Origin: Macrostomum lignano
Taxonomy: Eukaryota
Reading direction: 5' to 3'
DNA length: 25,722 nucleotides
Assembly (NCBI GenBank): GCA_002269645.1
Contig: NIVC01002551.1
Location: forward strand, 1-25,722
The notes under the pieces are model-generated. The model ran no database searches. It saw nothing but the letters and a program-made list of their open reading frames with translations, and was not told where the DNA came from. Shown in pieces: positions 1 through 8,425 of this stretch; the first letter of the stretch is position 1, and every line of letters begins with the position of its first letter. A program made the position numbers and the translations under genes.

Positions 1-374
1 TAAGAGAAGGTTAGTCCGGTTAAGACAGAAAGAAGGAAAGGCGTACGCTTTTACCCCCAGAGGCAGAGCCAGACCAGAGGCAAGGCAAGGCAATGTGGAC
101 TCCGCCCCATGTGTTCGTTCTCCCTCAATGATATTCAATAGGACTCATACTCTAGGCATTCTAGGCTATGGTCTATCCATGGGTGTGTAGGCGCGCGCTT
201 GATGTCTAAACTGCGCTTGTGGTCTGTAGATTACCCTTAGCCTTGGCCCTTAGCCCTTCGTCGTTTTGCTTTTATAAACCAACATTGGAAAGTGGAATAA
301 AGAAAGTTATCAATGACAATGAGATGGCACTTATTTGATTTAACTTAGCTACCCCTAATTCCTCCTAAATTTTC

Positions 375-545
375 CAGGGACGGACCGAGGGGGGGCATAG
401 TCCCCCCCCCCTCAGCTCTGCCAAAAAATCATCAGATGTATTGGTATCATGCTGTATTGGTATCATGGTACCCTAATTGCAGCTCTGGCCTGACCAGACG
501 TGAGGCTTGCCCCCCCCCCTCGATAAAATCCTGGGTCCGCCCCTG
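375..545. mobile_element. Non-autonomous hAT-type MITE, 171 bp
   Basis: TIRs CAGGGACGGACC (375-386) / GGTCCGCCCCTG (534-545), 11/12 match. Exact 8-bp flanking duplication AAATTTTC at 367-374 and 546-553. An 8-bp TSD with CAGGG ends is typical of hAT elements. Internal direct repeat TGTATTGGTATCATG x2. Confidence 0.85.
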
Positions 546-722
546 AAATTTTCTCTATAATTAACTTAGTACACTTATATAATTTACTATTTAGAGTTCT
601 CATTCGGGTATTCAGCTATAGAATCGAAAAGTAAACATATTTTGCACTAATCCTATGTATCTTATTCTATGCAGACTGCAGAGTAGTAGAAGGCACATAG
701 CCACATGGCACATACTGGTGAT

Positions 723-1547
723 TAGGGATTGCAATCCCGGGATCCTGGGATCCCGAATCCCGGGATCCCGGACACTTTTTGGCCTGAAAGAATCCCGGGA
801 TTAGAGGCTCGGGATCCCGGATTGGAAACTTTTTTGATAAAGTGGGTGATATCCAGGAAATATCAAAATGTTCGTATTTTAAATGCATTACACAAGTAAC
901 ATTCGAGCGCGTCGTGATCGTGACGTAACTCTCGATTCTCGAATCGTGATACAATACAAATTATACAATACATACAATACATGCGAGTCTCAAACTTGTG
1001 TTGTGTTTGTGTATTTGACTACTTGAGTTACTTGTGTAACTTGTCTTTGTACGTAAAAGCATTGAAAAATGACTGGGAGTCGAGATAATTTTGCATGCAT
1101 GTATTCATATTTTATTTATATAGTAGTATTTCATAGTAGTACTATACTATACTATACTACTATACTATACTACTACTATACAATACAATATATAGTACAT
1201 GTATATAAGTATTATATCGTATATATCGTACGATATATCGTATATTGTATCGTATAAATACGATATATACGATATACTACTTACATGTATATATTATATA
1301 TTGTATAGTAGTAGTATAGTATTGTAGTATATCGTATATATCGTATATGTCGTATATAGTATAGTAGCAATATAGTAAGTTTGACCAAGTACAGAATGCA
1401 TTCTTAATTTGAAGCGGGTTTTCTGGCATTCTATCGGCAAAAATATTTAAAATGTCAATCCCGGGATTGGGTCCCGGATCCCGGGATTGAGTCATAGCTT
1501 CGTCCGGGATCCCGGGATCGTAGAACAGCCGGGATTTGCAATCCCTA
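723..1547. mobile_element. Non-autonomous hAT-type MITE, 825 bp, with GGGATCCC-rich subterminal repeats
   Basis: TIRs TAGGGATTGCAATCCCGG / CCGGGATTTGCAATCCCTA (one indel). Exact 8-bp TSD CTGGTGAT at 715-722 and 1548-1555. Many CCCGGGAT/GGGATCCC motifs near both ends; no transposase ORF. Confidence 0.88.
1110..1375. repeat. AT-rich degenerate microsatellite (TAC/TAT/TAG/ATATCGT) inside the 825-bp MITE
   Basis: Runs such as ACTATACTACTAT and ATATCGTATATATCGT; source of the Tyr/Ile-rich 1069-1257 ORF. Confidence 0.85.
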
Positions 1548-2253
1548 CTGGTGATAAGTTGCTTACTGGTTGGTGTCAGTTGCACTGTAAACTACAGTTT
1601 AAATTTCACATGTACATTGAATTTGTTGTTCCTATTCAAAGTTAGGCATGATTTCTCAATTCTAGCTAGCAAAGTTGCAAGTCGAAATTGGGGAAGACCA
1701 ATGAGACTTAAAGTACATCGGAAAAGGCATGGTGACAATAAACTTTAATTACGCTCGTAGGAAGATCAAAAGTGTTCATAATTAGGAGCTAGGAAGCTGT
1801 CTTTATCATAAGTTTAATAAGTTAATTAAAGCCCTCCATTCATTCCTTCATAGCTGCCCATTGTATTTACTGAAACGTAGTGAGCGAAGGAGAGAAACAC
1901 TAGGCTAGCTGTTTCTCCTACTAAAAATCAAACAGTAGTATGAATCGATTTTCCTTGAAAGATTTTTTGTTTTATTTAAAACTAAAAGCAGTATGCTGAA
2001 AAAAACACTGGTTTTGAAAATCAAGTGAAAATAATTAATCCTTAGACCAGACTATTCAATTGGGAACGGACAAGTCTTCCAAAAATCGAAGTTCTCGCTC
2101 TGTAGCTTCACCTGTCCAGCCATTATTGGCCCTCAGATGCAATTACTCTTGTTCGCACCTGCTCAGTTTAATGCAACCACAAGCAGAGAAAAGTGAGAAT
2201 CCAATTATCCAGCAGGTCAACACTTAATTTGTTTACACGCTGCATAAGTTAGT

Positions 2254-2475
2254 TGACGCCTGTCTTCGATTCGGCGCCTGTCTTGGATTCAGCGCCTGTC
2301 TTGGATTCGGCGCCTATCTTGGATTGGATTTGGCGCCTGAGTGGCTCTGAATCTGGCGATCGCCTTGGATTTGACGCCTGTCTTGGATTTGGCGCCTGTC
2401 TTGAATTTGGCCTATCTTATGTGGATTTGACACCTGTCTTGGATTTGGCGCCTGTCTTGGATTCGGCACCTGTCT
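2254..2475. repeat. 18-bp minisatellite (GGATTCGGCGCCTGTCTT), ~10 degenerate copies
   Basis: Translates as repeated DSAPVL; a lone related copy lies near 2672-2692. Confidence 0.85.
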
Positions 2476-2898
2476 TTAGGTCTGCGGCGTATCTCAGACC
2501 TAATTCCTCTTTTATTCCTCTGGATAAAAGTGCTTACCGCGCCCATTGGCTTTCCAGCTGCCTTAATCGTTTCCGGTGATCTTGTGTGCGTGCTTTCAGC
2601 TTGATTGGCTGCGGCAAGCAAGCTCGAAAGAGCTCGCTTCGCTCGCTCTTTCTCGCTATCTACTATCTATCGTGGATTTGGCGCCTGTCTTGCATCAGAT
2701 TGGTATTGCATGGAACCGGCGCCAGTCCTGCATTTTAACCCTTTGTTGAAGTTGGAGTATTATTTTGCACCTATACAGGTAACGAAAACATGAATATTTA
2801 TTAAGACATGTTACGGACGTAACGCATATGTGGGAGGATACGCTCGTAAAGCGTGACGGCACTCTTAAATTAAGCAATTATTCAATCGACAGGTTTGT

Positions 2899-2904
2899 TT
2901 TATT
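2899..2904 (-). terminator. Candidate polyadenylation signal AATAAA of the temptin-like gene
   Basis: TTTATT on + strand, ~130 nt downstream of the TGA at 3037-3039. Confidence 0.5.
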
Positions 2905-3036
2905 GCAATAACAGTTATTAGACAATTAGCACTGCCATCACCACTTAGGGACTGGACTAATTCCCGGACTTCCCTACATCCTTTTCCCAAATCCCGGAGT
3001 CATGAACTCGATCGCCTCAGCAAACCGCTCTGTCCA

Positions 3037-4307
3037 TCAGTTGTTGTTGATGTTCCTGCAGTGCGCGGTGTTCACCGGCTCGCAGACGCCCGGGTGACCC
3101 GAGGCCGCCTGAGGCGGCGCCGTTCCGACCCTCCACACGCAGTTGGGGTCGCCCAGCTCGGCGCCGTTGGACCGGCCGTCTTGGTCGGAATCGGCGCGGC
3201 AAAGTCCCTGGGTCCAGGCCTGGCGTGAGGCAAAGTGCACAAAATCTGGCTTTTTATTCAGCGCGAGAACCGGAGTTTAAGGCTGATTTCCAAATCTATA
3301 AGCAGAGGCTACTAATGGAAAATAAAACACAGTTAAAATTGCTTTTGTTTCTAGATATTTATCTAGAGAGAATATTGCTTGATCTGGCAAATCACTTCTT
3401 CGTTGCTAAGCTGAGTGGGCATTCTGCAATTCATTGGTTGGTTTGTTATTAAAAAACGGAGCACAAGTTCTACTGTCTCGAGGCCATCGCAGCTGAGGGG
3501 ACAAGACTGAAAGCCCTGTTTATCTTTTTGCGGAGCCTCTGAAGCCTGTCAGGAACGCCTTTCTGGTTTTCGGAGCATCGGACTCACGACTGAAAGGTCG
3601 GGGGTTCGATTCTCGACCTACTCGGAATAATTTGTATTCTTAAGCAAGACACTTAAATCTGCATTGCTTCAGTTTACCCAGCTGTAAAGTGGGTGCCAGC
3701 ATTAGCTGGGGTAATTAAGGGTCGGTGTTGCGACCCCCCCAGTCCTGGGACTGAACAGCCGTACGCAGCCTTCAGATGCGCCGCGCAATAGCTGCGGCTG
3801 AGCTGTCGGTTGCACATCTGCCCTTAATGATACCTGTCATAAAAATATCTGGGACGGCTAGAGGTGTCAATCTGGGGCTGCCAGAGGTGTCAATCTGGGG
3901 CTGCCAGAGGTGTCAATATGGGACTGCTAGAGGTGTCAATATGGGACTGCTAGAGGTGTCAATCTGGGACTGCCAGAGGTGTCAATCTGGGACTGCCATG
4001 GAGGTGTCAATATGGGACTGCCATGGAGGTGTCAATATGGGACTGCCATGGAGGTGTCAATCTGGGACCAGATTCAATAACTCACATTATTATTGAGCCC
4101 AAAATCGATTCCAAAGGGATTCCGCATGCCGGCGCCTTCCTTGCTCCTGTGGCCCACGCCCGGCCAGGTGCCTCCAGGTGTGAAGGGGTCTGGGACGCTG
4201 TTCCCGTTGGGGATCCTGGCTTGATACGTGCGCCTGGCCTGCGACTCCCCAACAAAGCAGAGGGCCACCGCGGCCACCGCTAGAAGGAGCGCCGACCTTT
4301 TCTGCAT
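3037..4307 (-). CDS. Temptin-like secreted protein, 2 coding exons, ~134 aa
   Basis: Exon 1 4307-4086: signal peptide MQKRSALLLAVAAVALCFVGESQA, then YQARIPNG..PDP..GGTWPGVGH..GAGMRNPFGIDF. Donor GTGAGT, phase 0. Exon 2 3219-3037 after a pyrimidine tract and CAG: AWTQGLCRADSDQDGRSNGAELGDPNCVW...HPGVCEP...HC. These motifs match the temptin / N-terminal domain of invertebrate DBH-like monooxygenases. Confidence 0.9.
3560..3780 (+). mobile_element. tRNA-derived SINE with CORE-like central domain (boundaries approximate)
   Basis: Pol III box B GGTTCGATTC at 3603-3612. Then GCAAGACACTTAAATCTGCATTGCTTCAGTTTACCCAGCTGTAAAGTGGG (~3644-3693), closely resembling the MIR/CORE consensus (GCAAGTCACTTAA...CTCAGTTTCCTCATCTGTAAAATGGG, recalled from memory). 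Box A is degenerate. Confidence 0.6.
3852..4070. repeat. 22-23-bp minisatellite (GAGGTGTCAATCTGGGACTGCCA), ~9-10 copies, in the temptin intron
   Basis: Direct tandem copies ending ~15 nt from the splice donor at 4085. Confidence 0.9.
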
Positions 4308-5120
4308 GCTTGAATCAGACGAGTTGCTGTTAAAGTTCACTTCAATGGGTAACTCAGTTATGGCCATTCGGTTGGAGTATATATATGACTTAAGCACGCT
4401 GTTATTAGCGAATATACGAATGCACTTTAGCCATGCCGCTCAGTCTATTCGCTAATCTCTCTCCCCAGTGATAATAAGAAAGGCTGAGCACTACTCTCTG
4501 TTTAATCATAATTTTGCACACAAACTATGACGCCATCAGGCAGCGTTCTCAAGCTCAAGCAGGAATCGCAGGTTGGACTGCGTCGTGCCGCTAATGCTTC
4601 TTAATATATTCTTATCCAGTTTAACAGGTGGCGATACGGCCGAAGCAGATAGGTGGTCACTTATTAAGACTGCGGCAGAAACTGTCATTCACTGTGCCAG
4701 AGGGTGCGAGAGGTTGAAGGACCGACCTGGTGGAACTTTTGAGGCAGAAAATCGATAAATCGATCAACCCCCCATGGGGAGGGGGGTAGAAAAGGAGCCG
4801 AGGTTGAAAGGGATACCGAAAAAATCGATAATACAATCGAAGCTTTCAGTTCAAACCCAGCTATTTTTCAACACCAATCCTTAAATTCCTAGCGTAATAA
4901 TTTAACTGCTCAGAAAAAAGCTGCTAATTAATAATAATCTGACGTGACAGTCTGTACAAAAATTTTAAACTGTGGCGCACTACTTTAGCAAGCCTCCGTT
5001 AACCGTGAGGCCACTGCTGGCTTTGTTGGGCCGTCAAGCGATGACGCGAGTAGCAAGCAATATCAGGCAGTGCACGGCACGGGAGATTAATAACGCAGAT
5101 ATATAAGCGAGCACCGTGCA

Positions 5121-5131
5121 GAACCAATCAG
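5121..5131 (+). promoter_or_regulatory. Candidate CCAAT (NF-Y) box upstream of the 4-TM gene
   Basis: GAACCAATCAG with CCAAT at 5124-5128, at the start of a GC-rich stretch ~380 nt before the ATG. Confidence 0.35.
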
Positions 5132-5502
5132 CGAACAGCAGTCACTGCAGCAGATGTGTGTTTGCAGTGACAGCAGCAGTCAGTCGACTCAGGCCCCCGG
5201 CGACAACCCCTCGACCCGCTCGCTGCTTCTCAGCTCGAAATAAGAATCCCCATCGGGACGATTCCGGCATCAAAATTGCAGCGAGCGGCAGGCAGGGGAG
5301 AAGCAGAGTCCCACTGGGGACAGCCGGTGCAGCACCACTACCGCTTTAGAAAGTCGCTCTGCGTAGAAGCAATTTTTTATCTGACGGATTTGGCTGCAGA
5401 AACAGCGGGTTTCTAGTAGCTGTTTTGTTTAATTCTTACATAGCGATCGGAGAGACAACGTCAGGCTTAAATTGATTGCTGACTCAGAGGGAACTTGCAG
5501 GC

Positions 5503-8087
5503 ATGCGACCGTCTGTCGGGACCGTCGACAAGAGCATCCTTGTCATCTGCGGCTGCGGGCTGGCCGCCTCCATCGTGGCCATCTCCCGGCTGTCCACCTG
5601 GCCTATCGTCATGGAGGAGGACCACTCCGGCGAAGGTGAGATAACGCCTTTTGGACAAACATCCTGCGCCATTGTTGCCACATTCTAGAGTCCTCTACAG
5701 CCAATTCAACACCCCATTCTGCAGCCCTCTACAGCCAATTCACCACCTCATTCTGCAGCCCTCTACAGCCAATTCACCACCCATTCTGCAGCCCTCTACA
5801 GCCAATTCACCACCCCATTCTGCAGCCCTCTACAGCCAATTCACGACCTCATTCTGCAGCCCTCTACAGCCAATTCACGACCTCATTCTGCAGCCCTCTA
5901 CAGCCAATTCACCACCTCATTCTGCAGCCCTCTACAGCCAATTCACCACCTCATTCTGCAGCCACCTAGCTCACCCACCACCTCACTCAGCAGCCACTTT
6001 GCTCACCCACCACCCACTCAGCAGCCACCTAGCTCACCCACCACCCCACTCAGCAGCCACTTTACTCACCCAGCACCCCACTCAGCAGCCACTTTACTCA
6101 CCCACCACCCCACTCAGCAGCCACTTTGCTCACCCACCACCCACTCAGCAGCCACCTAGCTCACCCACCGCCCCACTCAGCAGCCACCTAGCTCACCCAC
6201 CACCCCACTCAGCAGCAACCTAGCTCACCAACCACCCAATCCTTGAAGAAATCAAGCGCAAGGAGAAATAAATGGTTAATACAAAGCAGAGCAGCTAAAC
6301 GAGGGTTAAAGAAACTCGCTGCTGTATTTGCGAAGAGGGAGAATTTTTAATTACTGATTGAATAACGCACAAAGCGTTGAAAAGATTGGTTGCTCTTTGT
6401 TTGTGCAATTTTTTCTACGAAATTCAATCGCAAAAATGAAATTGCCCTGCTTTTCTGTTCAATTTAATTAACGTTAGACAAAAACTGGCTGGCACACAGT
6501 GAAAATCTCTTTTATTCCCAGCTGAAATCAGCGGGCACAGGCTGGGGAAGGACGCATGCATCAAAGAAGTAATTGATGAAGAGAGATGGGAAGCTGTCTC
6601 TTCGCTGCGGGATGAAAACATGCCCCGATTTTCGGCTTGATAAACGCGAGCTCAGACAGCCAAGTAAAAAGGCTCTGGCGATTTGAAGAAGGCGTTTTGA
6701 TACTGTACACATGGGATATAGAAGCCTGCCGCTGTCCCACTGCTAGACATGAATGTTACCTGTTAGACATGGATGTCATCTGTTAGATATGGATGTCACC
6801 TGTTAGATATGGATGTCACCTGTTAGATATGGATGTCACCTGTTAGATATGGATGTCACCTGTTAGATATGGATGTCACCTGTTAGATATGGATGTCACC
6901 TGTTAGATATGGATGTCACCTGTTAGATATGGATGTCACCTGTTAGACATGGATGTCACCTGTGAGACAGGGGTGTCACCTGTGAGACAGGGGAGTCACC
7001 TGTGAGACTGGGGTGTCACCTGTGAGACTGGGTGTCACCTGTGAGACTGGGGTGTCACCTGTGAGACAGGGGAGTCACCTGTGAGACTGGGGTGTCACCT
7101 GTGAGACTGGGGTGTCACCTGTGAGACAGGGAGTCACCTGTGAGACTGGGGTGTCACCTGTGAGACTGGGGTGTCACCTGTGAGACTGGGGTGTCACCTG
7201 TGAGACTGGGGTGTCACCTGTGAGACTGGGGAGTCATCTGTGAGACTTGGGTGTCATCTGTGAGACTGGGGTGTCACCTGTGAGACTGGGGTGTCACCTG
7301 TGAGACTGGGGTGTCACCTGTGAGACTGGGGTGTCACCTGTGAGACTGGGAGTCATCTGTGAGACTTGGGTGTCATCTGTGAGACTTGGGTGTCATCTGT
7401 GAGACTTGGGTGTCATCTGTGAGACTTGGGTGTCATCTGTGAGACTTGGGTGTCATCTGTGAGACTTGGGTGTCATCTGTGAGATAGGGGAGTCATCTAT
7501 GAGACTTGGGTTCATCTGTGAGACAAGCCCGATATTCATCCATTTCAGCCGATTTCACCAAAACGAAGGCGGCCTTCATCATCGGTCTGATGGCGTCCGC
7601 AGCCTCCCTGGGCATCGGCATCGTGAGAATGAGGCTGGACAGTTGCGCCGGAAGCAAAACCCTGTGAATGATGTTTGTGAGCAGTCTGCTGGCCTCCTGT
7701 GAGTCGGGGACTTGGGTTCGGGGGTTTGGGATTCTCGATAGATCTGGATTCGAGTCTCGGACCTTCCCTCCGCTCCCCACAGTCCTATGCCTGCTGGTGA
7801 CCGTGGCAGTCTGGGGCGACTTCATCAATCACGGCGAGCGCAACGCACTGCACCGCAACGTGCTGCCCTGGTCCTACTGGGTGGCCGTGGCGGCGGCTGT
7901 CCTGCAGTTCCTGGCCTTCCTGTTGTACATCATCCGATCCGACTTCAAGGACTCGCCTGGCGCCGCCGCTGCCGGAGGCGCCGCCACTGCCACACTTGCA
8001 GGCGCCGGTGGAAGCCGCCAACTGCAGAGCTTCACGGCTGACGCGCACGACGACAACGCCGAAGCCGGGGGTCGAGTTTTTGTTTAA
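5503..8087 (+). CDS. Claudin/PMP22-like four-transmembrane protein, 3 coding exons, with in-frame TGA at 7665-7667 (possible pseudogene)
   Basis: Exon 1 5503-5635 (TM1; donor GTGAGA, phase 1). Exon 2 7549-7698 (TM2 and start of TM3; donor GTGAGT, phase 1). Exon 3 7783-8087 (rest of TM3, WSYWVA, TM4, Ala/Gly tail). All phases agree. The family call rests on topology and the WSY motif; the claudin GLW/C-C motif was not found. Confidence 0.7.
5686..6235. repeat. Compound ~33-bp minisatellite in intron 1 of the 4-TM gene
   Basis: 5686-5960 unit CCTCATTCTGCAGCCCTCTACAGCCAATTCACCA; 5960-6235 unit CAGCCACCTAGCTCACCCACCACCCCACTCAG. Confidence 0.9.
6745..7525. repeat. 19-20-bp minisatellite with graded unit change
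   Basis: ATGGATGTCACCTGTTAGAT-type units change to GGGGTGTCACCTGTGAGACT, then TTGGGTGTCATCTGTGAGAC. Ends ~25 nt before the acceptor at 7548. Confidence 0.92.
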
Positions 8088-8425
8088 CTGCCTCAAGCAT
8101 TCCTACGAGCTAGAACCTTGGAGTTGTTGACGAAATTGAAGAAAGCGCCGACATGTTGTGTAAATAACTTATTCAAGTATGCAGCCAAATATAACCATGC
8201 TGTAGCTCTGTCTACGGTATAGCAAAGGAGTCAAAACAGCTTCTGAAACACCATGCGTTCGCGAAGCAATAATTTTCTGAAATTACATGTATTCCCAAAT
8301 CAGTGAAATTTGAGATCGGCACGACAATTTATATTTTGGTGCATCACTAAAATTAAAAAAGTTTAAATGAAATTCCCGTAGCAATTCAATCACAAAAATG
8401 ACTTGACTGTTATTTTTGCTTTCGA

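Noticed and set aside
1750-2848. 10-bp direct repeat TACGCTCGTA at 1750 and 2839 as element ends
   Set aside because: No TIR, TSD or LTR structure could be established around them.
4573-4790. 61-aa ORF and purine-rich block between the temptin-like and 4-TM genes
   Set aside because: Non-ATG start, no recognisable motif, no consistent splice partners.
5651-6223. Repeat-derived ORFs here and at 12565-13032, 14241-14756, 20270-20568, 22440-22888, 25202-25683
   Set aside because: All are periodic translations of minisatellites.
6655-6790. Possible missing claudin ECL1 exon (LW..C..C) in intron 1 of the 4-TM gene
   Set aside because: The frame reads RLW rather than GLW, has no convincing acceptor or donor, and runs into the minisatellite and a stop.
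6421-8401. Near-identical 19-mer AATTCAATC(G/A)CAAAAATGA at 6421 and 8383
   Set aside because: Short, AT-rich and without extended flanking similarity.
8088-8420. SECIS element for the in-frame TGA
   Set aside because: The ATGA/GTGA words present lack a complementary helix II and GA quartet by eye; SECISearch3 would be needed to exclude it formally.
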